A stretch of DNA of 64,000 bases from the human T2T-CHM13v2.0 reference genome, Homo sapiens: the NCBI RefSeq assembly GCF_009914755.1, contig NC_060925.1; one strand, written 5' to 3'. Shown here in pieces: positions 1 to 18,425 of the stretch (within the stretch, counting starts at the first letter, position 1; each line of letters starts with the position of its first letter). The translations under genes were made by a program, and so were the position numbers. Below the pieces are notes generated by a model that saw only the letters and a program-made list of their open reading frames with translations, did not search any database and was not told where the DNA came from.

Positions 1-8
1 TTCCCTTA

Positions 9-110
9 TGTAATTTAAAATGAAAACAATTCTAACTTGTAAAATAAGTGTAAGGAAGTTCAATAAATTTCTGACTTTTACCATGGTGATTCTTTTGGTG
101 GGTTTTTTTT
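9..110 (+). terminator. Candidate cleavage/polyadenylation site (3' end of an upstream + strand transcript)
   Basis: TGTA at 9-12, 38-41 and 49-52; AATAAA at 62-67; CA at 82-83; downstream GT/T-rich tract (ggtgattcttttggtgggttttttttt, ~85-111). Confidence 0.55.
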
Positions 111-559
111 TAATTTCAAGGTTTTTCTAAAAATATGTTGTGGGGGTTCACTTTGCTTTTTGGATGCCCTAAGAATGTGTTTATCTATTGAGTAATCCAG
201 CACTGCCTTTGACGCTTCCATTTCTTCCCAACCTCTCAGCCTTCTCCCAGAATTACTTCCTTTCCTACTGAGCCTACATCTCATGATCCACCACTTTTAA
301 ATGCTGTCTTGCAATGTCTTCTACCCAATTTCCTTACACACTTGTCCTCACACAGAACCCCCCCTAATAAACCCCCCAAAACTGGTATACTGCATTTGAG
401 ATAACTTTGTAGCTTCCAGGTAAAAATGTCCAAAAAGTAGTCAGACACAAAATCTGAAACCCAGGAGACGAAGTAAGGGTAGATAAAGGAATTTGGGGAT
501 CTTCGAACAAAAAAGTGAGATTTGATCCTGTGCAGGTGGACCACATGGCCAAAGAAAGG

Positions 560-800
560 CATGTAGAGTGGGAAGAGCAAGAGCTGGACTGAGAACTCTG
601 GGAACACCACTGTGTAAGGGGTAGGTGGAGCGGAACTGCCGATGAAAGAGGGAATATCCACATGCAAGGAAGCCTGAATCCAAGGAAGGAGAGCTTCAGG
701 AAGGAGTGATTATGGATGTCAAGTGTATTAAAGAGGTGAGGTCAGATTAGACAATACCTAGAACCTAGTAGGTTCTCAATGCATACTTGCTAACTGATGG
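560..800. mobile_element. L2 LINE fragments
   Basis: Purine-rich degenerate L2-like sequence followed by an L2 3'-end motif (cctagtaggttctcaatgcatacttgctaactga). Confidence 0.5.
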
Positions 801-845
801 ATTCACCAAGACCGAAACAGTCAGGAAGTCACTGATGATCTTGGT

Positions 846-1285
846 GCTTAGTTTGAGTTTTCCTAAAAGTGGACCCTGAGACGAGGATTAGTCTATTTGA
901 AAGATGAAGAACACTGGTGTGTGTGGGAGAGGGGGATGAACAGGGAGGGGACGGCCAGTAAAGGGTGAATTAAGCCAGCAGCCACCCTGGGCAATTATAG
1001 CTTAATCCCAACGGGAAAGTTCAGGGAGTCAGTGCAGAACACCCACCTCATCGTTCCTCGTCTCACGGGGTGAGGGAGCTCTTTCAGGTCATTGGTTGAG
1101 GGCTGTTCTTAGAGGGCATTAATTCACTGACATTTCCAGCCTGCTGCTTGGGCAGCAGAACAGACCCCGGCTGTGAGAGAAATCCCTCAGGTGAATGAAT
1201 GCAGGTACCAGCGCCTGGAAGCCTGGGGTTCACTGAAGTAGTAAGGGCAGGGGATACTGGTAGGGCAGTGACATCCTCTAACACC
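846..1285. mobile_element. Solo ERVL-type LTR (LTR33/LTR16-like)
   Basis: Recalled motifs gaccctgagacgaggatt, ggggtgagggagct and gtcattggttgagggctg. Confidence 0.6.
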
Positions 1286-1954
1286 TGGTACCTGCAGTTT
1301 CACTGGCAGAAGCTAGACTGCTGTGGAGCAGTAGGAAATTGGAAGTGAGAAGTGGAGGAAATGGGTGTAGGTAACTATTTCAAGATGTTTGGCTGAAAAA
1401 ATAAGATAAAAAATATGTCAGTAGGCTGATTCTGCGAAGGGTAGGAAAAAACAGGGTAAAATGGGAGATCGGAGAGTTCTTCGATCATTGAGGGTTCATT
1501 GAGGGTTCTCACAAAACTTCCCTGTTTTTAGTTAGGGGAGAGGAGGTCAGCTGCACTAACCACTTCTTACTTCAGGATCCTCTTTTAGCTTCCCCAGACA
1601 AGCGCCCAGTGTTTCCTCTGCTAGACTTTGGGTCCTGGGTTCCCCAGCTAAAGAGGCCGTGCTGGTACAGCCTCACATGCTAGCAATTCTAAGCCTGAAG
1701 TGCCAGAGGAATAGATTGAATATAGCTGCAGAGCAGACTGGGACACGTGTGGAACACGGTGGCCAGATTCTGAACCCTAGGAGAACCACAAGGTCAGAGG
1801 AGACCTTCTGAGGGGTCTGCCGCTGCTGAGGGACTCCTTGCATTCCTGGCCTTCCCCCTTCCCTGTCAGCACATCTCAATAATTAGTTTGGTTTGGGTGT
1901 AACAGACCTGCCCCATAGAAGGAACCTTCCTGGGACATTCATCTAAATAACTCT

Positions 1955-2075
1955 TTGATTGATGTCTCTCTCTTAGCTAAAGCTTAAGCTCCCGGGGGCA
2001 GGGACGGTATTCATTTCAGCACTATTGTATCCCTAGAGTCTGGTGCCTAGTCAGTACTCAATAAATATTGCATAT
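1955..2075 (+). mobile_element. L2 3' end
   Basis: aagctcc...ggcagggac...tgtatcccta...actcaataaatattg. Confidence 0.65.
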
Positions 2076-2729
2076 TTAATGCAAAAATACCCAGCAACAG
2101 GTAATGCTGTCTATTGATGGTGCCTACACCAAGAAAAAGGTAAAACCAGGATTTTTATCCTTCTAGAAGTGGATTTTCTATGCAGTTAATGAATTTAAAC
2201 TTACAGGTCCCTTACTTGCATGAACTCCTTTAAAGACCCTGGAAGAGGCCTTAGTGATATTTTTACATGGTTACATTTTTTCATGTTGCAAAAATAAAAT
2301 ACTTTAATCAAAATTAAGACTCTTGTTTTCCGTCTGAGTTCATATTTCCCCTCCTGGAGCGGCGTTGGAGTGGCTGTGGATGTTTTGGTGATCTGTTTCA
2401 GGAAAAGCAGAGTTGGGAGTATATTTTATATTTAGTTTATTTGAGTATATTTTGTATTTAGTTGATGCATCTGTTTATGTGGTTTGCGGTCTCTTCTGTG
2501 TAGAGTTAACTTACTCCTGCCTGTCCTGGTATATAAATGGCTCTCAGGAGTACTGCTACTGCCTACTATGCTAATTAACTGGGTCAGGCCATGAAGGTGC
2601 ATGATGAGAGCTTGTCAGGGGACATGAATGTGTCCTATGATGCTCTGCAATGGAAGAGAAACAAAGCTTAAAATGTATGGATCCAGAAACTAGTCCTCAC
2701 ATATGTAAAATTGTAAGTGAAAATTTTAG

Positions 2730-3138
<409 letters not shown>

Positions 3139-3652
3139 ATATATATATTTTTTAATGGGAATCACATGAAATGGAATTTATTAAAATTCCTGTGTTTATA
3201 GTGTATAAGTCTGTAGCAATTCTACTAACAATGAGTGCATTCTTATGTGAAGTATATACACATCTCCAAAATATTGACCAAAGGTAACATAAAACTCATA
3301 ATATGTCGCTATAACCAGGACACCAATAATAAGCTGTAAAAGAGTATCAATAAAGTCTGAGAATATTAAGGAAAATTTGAAAGGCCATGAAATCTTACAA
3401 CTCCTATATGAAAGAAACTTGATAGAGGTTTCCCCAAATTTCACATTAATCCTTGACATTTATATAACAGTACTAGTAAGGGGTTTTGAAGTGGAAAGAA
3501 ATTCTCTAAGCTATCAGTTATAAACAAATTTTGGTCAACAATGGTAGAAAAAAGACAGGATTTTCTATTTTCTTTATAGAAAAATGAAGTATAGATGCTT
3601 CAAAATTGTTCACATGAAGAGTCAGAGTCCACAGCTTAGAAAATACAAGAAA

Positions 3653-3945
3653 GGCCGGGCACGGTGGCTCACGCCTGTAATCCCAGCACTTTGAGAGGCC
3701 GAGGTGGGCAGATCACAAGGTCAGGAGATCGAGACCATCCTGGCTAACATGGTGAAACCCTGTCTCTACTAAAAATACAAAAATTAGCCAGGTGAGGTGG
3801 CAGGCGCCTGTAGTCCCAGCTACTCAGGAGGCTGAGGCAGGAGAATGGCATGAACCCAGGAGGCGGAGCTTGCAATGAGCTGAGATTGTGCCACTACACT
3901 CCACCCTGGGCCACAGAGCAAGACTCCATCTCAAAAAACAAAAAA
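3653..3945 (+). mobile_element. AluY
   Basis: Diagnostic gagatcgagaccatcctggctaac and gaatggcatgaacc...ggagcttgca; TSD agaaaatacaagaaa. Confidence 0.95.
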
Positions 3946-3960
3946 AGAAAATACAAGAAA

Positions 3961-4260
3961 GGCCGGGCGCAGTGGCTCACGCCTGTAATCCCAGCACTTT
4001 GGGAGACTGAGGCGGGCAGATCACCTGAGGTCGGGAGTTTGAGACCAGCCTGACCAACATGGAGAAACCCCGTCTCTACTAAAAATACAAAATTAGCCAG
4101 GTGTGGTGGCACATGCCTGTAATCCCAGCTCTTGGGAGGCTGAGGCAGAAGAATCGTTTCAACCCGGGAGGCAGAAGCTGCAGTTAGCTGAGATCGCACC
4201 ATTGCTCTCCAGCCTGGGCAACAAGAGCAAAACTCTGTCTCAAAAAAAAAAAAAAAGAAA
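3961..4260 (+). mobile_element. AluSp
   Basis: Diagnostic gaggtcgggagtt and cctgaccaacatggagaaa. Confidence 0.93.
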
Positions 4261-4929
4261 AGAAAATACAGGAAATAAGCACTTAGAAGTGTATCAATTA
4301 ATTTAAAATTATGTCATTGGAATATTTTTATGATGTTTCTCATTTTCCTCAACCTTTAAAATTTTGTAATTGTTGTGAAATGATTTGTCGTTCTAATAAA
4401 TACTCACTTTTGAACCTAATTTTATATTTGTAATTTTGTTTCTTTTTTTTTTTAAGAGAGTCCTCAAAGTCATATGCTAAGCTTCGGATGCCACAGAATG
4501 TGAATCTGCCCCATATCCTCCTTATCTGCCTGGCTTTAGGTGGTTTGGGCTGTAAAGCAATATCATCTCGAGTCCAAACTATAGACAATTGGTGTATAAT
4601 TGGCTTCCATGTAGACATTTTAGATGTCTCCTGACCTCTTTCTTTGTTTTTAGACTAACTTGAGTTTCCAGAATTAACCAGGAGCTGAGAGCCACTCCCT
4701 TCTAATTCACTCATGGAGTTTGAGCTTTAATCTTCCTGAGCCTCCTCATTCTAGACTCACCCTGAGCCCAGGCTCCAGGGACAGAGTCTTTCCTTTTCCA
4801 CAGGGTAACCTCTAGAATGGAGACAGTTGAAGAGGAGAGGAAGAAGGTCACATGTGTGCAGAATTCTAATCTGGTGATTCTTTGGAGGGGTGCCTCCTAA
4901 TTGGTTCAGTTGGCATATCTTGCAGAGAA

Positions 4930-5010
4930 ATCTGACAGAAATAAGAAAGGAGGGGGCATACTATGAACAGTTGCAGAAAATAGGGATATTTAGCCTAGAG
5001 AAAAGATACC
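4930..5010 (+). mobile_element. L3/CR1 fragment
   Basis: tatgaacagttgcagaaaatagggatatttagcctagagaaaaga translates to YEQLQKIGIFSLEKR, resembling CR1 YEERLKELGLFSLEKRR. Confidence 0.6.
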
Positions 5011-5025
5011 ACTTTTAGAGTCCTA

Positions 5026-5540
5026 TGTCAGCAGCTCTTGCCACAACAACATTGTATAACAAACTTACTCAGAATTCAGTGTCATAGATGATGGATATAT
5101 ATTTCTTGAGTGTACAGTTGTATAGATCACCTGAGATTCAGCGAGTCTAGGCTGAGGTCAGATGGGCCTGACTCTAAGCTGTGGATTAGGTCCAGGTCTG
5201 TTCCATGTGTCCTTTATTGTCCTTGAACCAGCAGCTGCCAGAGGCATGTTCTTCTCATGGTGAGAGGCAGAAGCCCAAGAGACCAAGGCAAACTTTGCAT
5301 GTGCATCTTTTTCTTTTTCTTTTTTTGTGCATATCTAAAATCTCTACTTGCATTATATCCGCTAACATTCCACTGGTTAAAGGAAGTCGATGGCCAAGCC
5401 CAAAGTCAGAGGGTAGGAATGTCACTTCATCCTGCTTTGAAGACTAAGCAAGTCATATGAGTAAAGCACATCTGTGTGGCAGAGAAGATGGGAGGCAGAG
5501 GAATGAAGGGAATGGATATTTGATGAGCTAATATGCCACA
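5026..5540 (-). mobile_element. MLT1-family (MaLR) solo LTR
   Basis: Recalled MLT1 motifs ggaagtcgatggccaagcccaaagtca and gctaacattccactgg; ends in gccaca. Confidence 0.65.
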
Positions 5541-5559
5541 ATAGCTATTATATCAAAGA

Positions 5560-5990
5560 AACAGCAACTTTCCTCATCTCTCATTCAGTCCTCAACCCAC
5601 GAAAGCCTATCCTCACTCCCCACTCTTACCAAAATCATTCTCTTACTGACTGCCTCATTCCATCTAGAATCTGATTTCTCTTCTTCATTCTCACTACATT
5701 GCTTGCCTAGATTGCCGCTATAGCCTACTAACTGCTCTCCTTGTCTCTGGTCTCATCCTTTCCTGATTCATCATTCATAGAGCTGCCAGCTATTATCCGT
5801 ATCTCATCAGCATCCACATCATCATTATTGTTACCTATTTTGCATTATACTTACTGGTTTATGTGCCTGGCTCCTTCATTATACTGAGAGTGTCTGGATG
5901 GCAAGAAATGTGTTTTATTTACCTTTGAATCTCCAGCACCTTACACAGGGTCTGACACATAGTAAAACTTCAATAAATTAATGTGAAAAG
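5560..5990 (+). mobile_element. L2 fragment including 3' end
   Basis: Pyrimidine-rich L2 body ending ctgacacatagtaaaacttcaataaatt. Confidence 0.6.
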
Positions 5991-6254
5991 AAAGAATCAA
6001 AGAAAGGAGATGGGGTTTCAGTTCAAGTCTGCGTGACCTGAAAACCCATACTGTTTCTACACTATCATAATATATCTTTAGTCACAGCTGTGTTGCTGAT
6101 AAAAATAAGGACACAGCTCAAACCCTCCCACTGCGACACCAGTGGAAAAGCAGGTTACTGAATCTAGATTAACTAAAGATTCTTCCTCCCATAGTCACAA
6201 TAATCCTTCCCAATCCTAATTCCTCTCAAATGGAAAGGTCTAGAAGCCATAAAA

Positions 6255-6530
6255 AAATTTTAATGGCCATAAATATATTAAATATATTATATTAAATATA
6301 TAAAAAAATGATCAACTTTACTCTTAGATAAATCCATGTGCCATTTTTTTTTTTTTTAGGTGGACCCTCGCTATGTTTCAGAGGCTGGCCTCAAACTCCC
6401 GGGTTCAGGTGATCCTCCTGCCTCAGCTTCCTGAGTAGCTGAGATTACAGGCATGCACCACCACACCTGGCTGCAATATGCCATTTTTTACCTATCAGAT
6501 TGGCAGAGATCAAAAAGGTTTTAATAGTGC
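6255..6530 (+). mobile_element. L1M(E) relic, left part (continues after Tigger1)
   Basis: ttttacctatcagattggcagagatcaaaaag, typical of the old L1 3' region; collinear with 9143-9520. Confidence 0.6.
6344..6472 (-). mobile_element. FLAM / Alu monomer
   Basis: Single ~130 bp arm with poly-T; TSD-like tgccattttt on both sides. Confidence 0.85.
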
Positions 6531-6531
6531 A

Positions 6532-9140
<2,609 letters not shown>

Positions 9141-9142
9141 TA

Positions 9143-10050
<908 letters not shown>

Positions 10051-10454
10051 TTATTAAAGGAAAGAAAACCCACAGGGAATCCTTTGGAGAAGAATTGAAC
10101 TCTATTATTAGATGTGTCTAAGTAGAGAATAAATAACCAATTATTAAGGTTGTTGTTAAGGAGTCTCTTTGAATCATCTGATAAAGGAAAGGTTTCCAAC
10201 ATCTGAAGGAACTAATTCCTTCCAACCCGTAGGGTCTTTAATTCTTTATGGTACCCAGTGGAGGTGTATAGATAAGGCCAGGCAAACCAGCCTAAGAAAA
10301 GGAAGGGAAGGAAAATAATAGAAGTTCACCTAGAAATCTCAGAAATGGAAGGGATCTTGGAGTTCATTTTTCAAACCTCCCCCCTAATACATTTCCTCTT
10401 GGGACACAGTCCCAGATCTGCCACTTAACACCACTGAGCAAGTTTATTGGTATA

Positions 10455-11290
10455 TTATTCATTCATTCATTCATTCATTCACTAAATATTTACTGAGTTC
10501 CTTCTATGTGTGAGGCACAGTCCCTGTCCTCATGGAAACAGGCATTAGTCAAATGTAACATTGCAACTGTAGCAGGCACTGTGAAGAAGAATTATGCAGT
10601 GCTATGAGAGCCTGAGTATGATATTACCCAGACAAAAATTTTTGCAAAGTTGAACTGATTAGGATGAATAGGCGTTTAGGCAACAGAGAGGAAAAACAGT
10701 AGGCAGAGGCAATCGCAGGTGCAAAGGCCCTACCAGGAGGGATAGTGACAAGCACTAGGTTGAAAAAGACTGAAAATAGTATGAAAGTATAGTACGAGGT
10801 GAGGCTGCAGAGGAGTCTGACATTAAGGAGTTCTTACTCTTAAGAACAATGGGAATCCCTTAAAGGGTTTGAATGGGATGAAGGCGTAAAGGACACACAT
10901 CCTGATCAGAGTCACATTTTGAAACTATGTCTCTGGCTGCAGAGTAGAGAATGCATTGCAGGGAAACAAGAGCAGATGTGCAGAGGTGAGTAAGGAGGCA
11001 GATAAAGTAGACAGGAGATGATGGGTGCTTAGACCACCATGGTAGAAGTAGAGCAATGTGGACATAAGTGAGAGATGTTAGGAAGTAAAATTGTTAAGAC
11101 TTGATGATGGATTCCATCTCAAGAGTGACAAAGAGGAAGGAAATATGTCAATAATGCTTCCTAAGATTTTGGCATGTGCAGTGGAATAGATGAGACAGAT
11201 AACAATGGAAGAGAACTAAGTTTGGAAGGGAATCACAGTTCAGTTTAGAACATGCCAGCTTTGAGATGCTTTTGAGAGTACACATCAGTC
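10455..11290 (-). mobile_element. L2 (3' portion)
   Basis: (ATTC)n tail followed by aaatatttactgag...tatgtg, then a purine-rich L2 body. Confidence 0.75.
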
Positions 11291-11888
11291 AGTTGGCAAC
11301 ATTTATTTATGGAGTGTCTACTAAGTAGCTAGTAGTGGAATATACAGGTTTATTTATGTGTAAAAAAGAAAAATAAAATGGATACACACAATTCCCCCTT
11401 CTTCGAGACCCTTGCTGTTCCACTATTCTACTGTCTTCTCGCTTCTGTCATTGTCTGTTCTCTGACAGTCTCCACTCCTCCTCATTTGTTGGATGGAATG
11501 ATCTGATCCCTCACATTTGTAATTTCTTGGCCTGTTAATTTCTATAGACCTTTACCACCACTCCACTTCACTGTCCAGTCCCATGTCCACACTGTGAACC
11601 TCATCACTAAGAACTCATCAACCTTAAACTTCTTGCTCTCTAGCTGGACCCTTCTGTCCTTTTGGCTCTCTCATTTCCCTCCCGTCCTCTTCCTGCATCC
11701 TCCTCATTTACTTTCCTATTTCTTCCCTTCCTATTATTTCAAAAGCTTGCTGGAAGGATTTCCTCTCTATCGTGGCCTGACAAATAGGAGACATTCAATG
11801 AATACTTGAGAAGGTGACCTTCTCCGCTTCTTTATCTCCCATTCATTCCCAACCCACTGGACTTCAGCATTGACCTCCACCTCCACTA

Positions 11889-12000
11889 AGGCTGAGGCAG
11901 GGGGATCACTTGAGCTCAGGCATTCGAGGCTGCAGTGAGCAGTGACCCGCTGCTGCACTCCATCCTGTGTGACAGAGTGAGACCCTATCTCAAAAAAAAA
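11889..12000 (+). mobile_element. AluJ right-arm fragment
   Basis: gaggctgcagtgagc...gaccctatctc plus A tail. Confidence 0.85.
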
Positions 12001-12044
12001 GATAAAATTCACCATTTTAATCATTTTGAAGTGTACAAGTCATT

Positions 12045-12359
<315 letters not shown>

Positions 12360-12438
12360 TTAGTATAATCACAATGTCATTCAACTATCACCACCCTCTA
12401 ACTCTGGAACATTTTCATCACGCTATAAAGAAGACTCA

Positions 12439-12755
<317 letters not shown>

Positions 12756-14388
12756 AAGCCCTGTACTTCTCAATTCCCCCTCTTCTCCATCTCCTGGCAA
12801 CCACTAATCTGCTTACCATCTCTGTGGATTTACCTATTCTAGACATTGCACATAAATAAAATCATAAAACCTGTGGCCTTTTGTGTCTAGCTTGTTTCTC
12901 TTAATATAATGTTGTCAAGTTTTACTACTATTGTAGCATGTTTCAATACTTCATTCCTTTTTATGGTTTAATAGTATTCCATTGTATGGATGTACCATAT
13001 TTGGTTTAGCCATTCATCAGTTGATGGAATGGATCTTGTTTCCACCTTTTGGCTATTATAATAATGTTGCTGTGCACATTGCTGTACAAGTTTTTGTGTG
13101 GACATATGTTTTCAGTTCTCTTGGGTATATATCTAGGAGTGGAATTGCTGGGTCACGTGATAACTGTATGTTTAACATTTTGAGGAACTGCCAAACTCTT
13201 TTCGATAGCCACTGCACCATTTACACCATTCCTGCATCAGCCTTGCATGAGGGTTCCAGTTTTCCTGGGTGCCACTTATTTTCTGGTTTGTTTTTTTGTT
13301 ATGTTTTGTTTGGGATTTTAAAAAATAGCCATCCTAGTGGGTGTAAAGCAATATCTCATTGTGGTTTTGATTTGCATTTCCCTAGTGACTAATGATACTG
13401 AGCATCTTTTCATTTTGGGGCCGTTTGTGTATCTTCTTTGAATGTAGAGTCTTTTTGAAAGGCAATCTCATCAGGTTGCTTCAGTACTGAACATTTTGAA
13501 TGGTTCCCAATTGCCTACAGGATAAAATAAACATTTCTGAGTGTGCCACACAAGGCCCTTCAGGATCTGGCCTCAGCCTTCCGGTCCAACAGCTTCTGTC
13601 ACTCTCCTTCTCACACTTTCTGTTTTAGCTGTGTTGAACTGAGGAGAGGTGGGGATATTTTGCTTTTGTTTCCTTTTTTTGTCAAACTAGTCTGCAACAA
13701 TAGAGGATGTCAACCAAAGTTAAGGAATGCAGTGAGCTGGGCCAGCAGGGTGACGGGATGGGTGCGCGTGCCTGTGGCTCCCTGCCACCTTGCCTTTCTC
13801 CCTCTGATCCTTCTTGCCTTTTGCTTCTCGGCAGCACTCACTTTGCCCTAACTAGGTCACATACGTTCCGGACAGGATGATATTCATGTCTCTAGACCAT
13901 ACTGGAAGGTTCTGGCTTTGAGGTTTTCCTGGGCTGTGAGGTGTGTGTTTCCCCACGTCCTCTGCTTTCCTGGGACTACACTAGGCAGGGCAGGAGGAGG
14001 CAGGTGGGCAGAGGAATAGCAGCCGTTTGTTCTGGAGGCCCCTTCCTTCTCCCGTCTTGACTGCAAAGGGCTGGAAAGTCAGCTTCTATTGTGATTAAGT
14101 TATAATTTAAGGCAGTGAACATGTGCTCTGCTGGCGGCTATAAAGATTCAAATCATAAAGTTTTACAGTGGAACGGTTTCTGTAAAAGCATCGTTAGGAA
14201 GTGGGAACCATGCCTTTAATTCTTATGACATATGGGACTGCCTGGTTTGTTTTGGTTTCAGTGGAGTTTAGTAGGGTGATGGTCTGACTAATTAAAGTCA
14301 GACCTTCTTCCTCTCCACAATGCGGTGCCCCATCACAGGACAGTGTAGAAAGGTGGAACTTTTCTCCCCATCTCAGCTCATCAGGGAT

Positions 14389-14412
14389 GGCGGGGGCGGG
14401 GGGCGGGGCGGG
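14389..14412. promoter_or_regulatory. Cluster of GC boxes (Sp/KLF-type), G-quadruplex-capable
   Basis: ggcgggggcggggggcggggcggg in otherwise AT-rich unique DNA. Confidence 0.35.
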
Positions 14413-14993
14413 TCTCAGAAATCAGGAGTAACTCTTTGAAAACTAAATAGTTTAAAATCTCTTCCAACTTACTAGGCTTCATTTCTTGGGGAGTCTATGT
14501 GTTCCTCTGTTCCTTTCTGGCCAGGGGCAAACCTCAACAGTGAACCAAGCCTGATTGAAGATAATTTCCTTCAGAGGGGTCAGCTGAGAAGATAATTGGG
14601 CTCTGTAACTAGGTCAATGGTAGAAACAAAGAGAATAATAATATCGTAGCTATCTCATCCAACTTCCACCTAACTTACATGCCTGGTTAACCGACACTCT
14701 GTATATCCTGTATAAAACATTCTAACTGATGCCCACGACATACTATTGGCTGATGGTTTTGCTAGTATACAGTATGGCCACTTACTGCCATTCCCATGCG
14801 TTATCTTGTGTGCTTACCATAACTCAGCTGTACTTGTTTCTAAGCCTCTTTATACCAGTGCTAGTTATTATTGCAATTACCTAATTTCATTAAGTACAGT
14901 CGGCCTTCTGTATTCACAGATTCCGCATCCACAGATTCTACCAACCACGGATCAAAAATATTCAAGAAAAAAAATAAAAAAATAATAATAATA

Positions 14994-15665
<672 letters not shown>

Positions 15666-16183
15666 TTACATAGCATTTGCATTATGTTAGGTGTTGTAAG
15701 TATCTAGAGATTATTTAAAATATACAAAAGGATATGTGAAGGTCATATGAAAATACTATGCCACCTTATATAAGGGAATTGAGCATCCAAGTGTTTTGGT
15801 GTCTGGAGGGTCTCCTGGAACTAATCCGCCATGGATACGAAGGGACAACTGTATTTTGTAAACGCAGTGATATACAATTGGAGAATTTTTTTTTTCTATG
15901 AAAGCCAAGTTGAAAATTATGGCGAATCCCTAAAATAATTGCTGTTGAAAGATATGTGGGTAAGACTGAGGAAAAAAAAATCACAACAGTCTAGGAATTT
16001 GCACTCTAATTGCTTTAAGTTCTTGTTCCACTAAAAACTAAAATTGTAGACAATGTGTTTTGGGTGTGATTTATGCAGGAAAGATCTGAAAAGCCAGTCA
16101 GCAGACACATACCTTTGGCCCTACATCAAAAACTTGGAGAATGAATCTATATTTATATTTTTTAAGTTAAAATAAAATGTTCA

Positions 16184-16529
<346 letters not shown>

Positions 16530-16626
16530 TCAGATTAATCATCCAATGCATTGAATAAGAGAGTTTCTCTGTAATAGGATTTATCATCTATTGGGTGCCA
16601 TTATTGAGTGTATTAATCTCTACAGA

Positions 16627-16925
16627 GGCTGGGCGCAGTGGCTCACACCTGTAATCCCAGCACTTTGGGAGGCCGAGGTAGGTGGATCATGAGGTCAAGA
16701 GATCAAGACCATCCTCGCCAACATGGTGAAACCCTGTCTCTATTAAAAATACAAAAATTGGCTGGGTGTGTTGGCGCACACCTGTAGTCCCAGCTACTCA
16801 GGAGGCTGAGGTAGGAGAATCAGTTGAACCTGGGAGGCAGAGGTTGCAGTGAGCTAAGATCGCCAGCCTAGTAATAGAGCAAGACTCCATCTCAAAAAAA
16901 AAAAGAAAGAAAAAGAAAAAAGAAA
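16627..16925 (+). mobile_element. AluSc-like
   Basis: gaggtcaagagatcaagaccatcct; small deletion in the right arm. Confidence 0.9.
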
Positions 16926-17250
16926 ATCAGTTGCAGAAGAATATATACAGTATGATATACATGCTTATAAAGTTCCAAAACAAGCAAAACTAAGCAATAT
17001 ATTGCTTAAGAACATATATATATATTTGGTAAGCTATAAAGAAAATAGGGACCTGAGGGGGAGAAAAATCTGAGATGCTAGTTCTGTGGGTGGGATGGGG
17101 AAGTAGGGACTTGGGGTCCAGAAGGAGCACATAAGAGATGCCAACTGTGAGTAGTCATGGTCTATTTCTTAAGTGGGATGGTGGTTCACAAATGTTCATT
17201 TTATTGGGCTTCATAACTTTCACGTAACTCATATATAATGTTTAATAAAA
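16926..17250 (+). mobile_element. L1ME 3' end relic
   Basis: ctatttcttaagtgggatggtggttcacaaatgttcatttta resembles old L1 3' UTR. Confidence 0.6.
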
Positions 17251-18044
17251 GTTTAATGCCTTGAAGAAGGAAAAGAAAATAGAAAAGTACGGAGATTAAA
17301 GTCAAAGATCTTGACTTGAAGAAATTTAGAGTTAGAAAAGCCAGAAAGCCAAACCTCCAGAAACAATGAGCTTAGCTGGGTAGTTGTACCGGGATCCATG
17401 CCCTGACTGCTGTTTCTACCCTGTCCTTAGGAGAAGATCTCCAGGCTTCCCAGGCCCTCTTTCTCTCACAGTGTGTGGTCTGTGGCCCTAGAAATATTGC
17501 AAAGACTGTTATTGAGACCTTGTAGTTGGGGCAGCAAATACTACAGGGAGGAAGCTCGAGAGAGCCTAGGGAAGGCAGATGTTAGAGTCACTGGGTTGTG
17601 GGCTTGCAACCATCAGGCTAGAGATAGCCTTGGGCTTCAGGTTTCTGTCACAGCCTTGAGGCAAGCTCTGTGTGTCTGTATGGGATTTTTGTGAGCGTGC
17701 TTGTGTTTTCAGGGTGGATAGACTAATCAAACTTTATGAAAAAGTTTGCTCTGGCCTTAGCAGAAACAGCAGATGGCCTGAGCTGCATCTTTGACCCAGA
17801 GTCCTAATGCTGGTCCAGAAGCAAGCAGGGAAAGTGTAAGCAAAGAGCCCATCAGTTATGTGTTTTGGCCAAATTGGTTGGTTAAGCTACCAAGCAAGCA
17901 ACCTAATTCCTTGGGAAGCACAGCTCATTAGGAAGGGAACAAAATCATTCTTATTAAAAATAAGAGGAATGGAAAGAAATTGAATTACATTTTCTAAAGC
18001 TGCTCAAAGAGTATGCAAAGTGTTTCCTAACATATGCATATGAA

Positions 18045-18425
18045 GTTCATTCACTCACTTAAAAAATTCTTTCATTCAGTAAATATTTACTAGCAGTCCA
18101 GTATCCACCAGTCTTAATCCTACACTTTGGGAATGCATTGGTGAATAAATGAACATGGTCCCTTCCCTTGTAAGGCTTATAGTCCAGTGGGGAAAAGAAG
18201 TAAACATAGAATTATTTATTGTTACAAATGCGGATGAATGCTGTGAAATAAATCGCACAACTATCTAGAATAATAGGGTGATCTATCAAGAGTGGTCTCT
18301 GATGAAATGCATTTAAATTAAGAACTGAAGTTAAGGCCTGCAATGAGCAAGGACATTTCAAAAAGAAGGAACAGGTATTTTAATGGTCCTGAGGCAGAAA
18401 AATGCTTGTTTGCATTTGAAGAATG
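18045..18425 (-). mobile_element. L2 3' portion
   Basis: cattcagtaaatatttactagca...catggtcccttccctt...tagtccagtgggg. Confidence 0.65.

Noticed and set aside
12982-13392. 136-aa ORF (and the similar ORF at 33019-33357)
   Set aside because: Antisense translation of old L1 3' sequence (YISRSGIAGS / YIPRSGIAG pattern).
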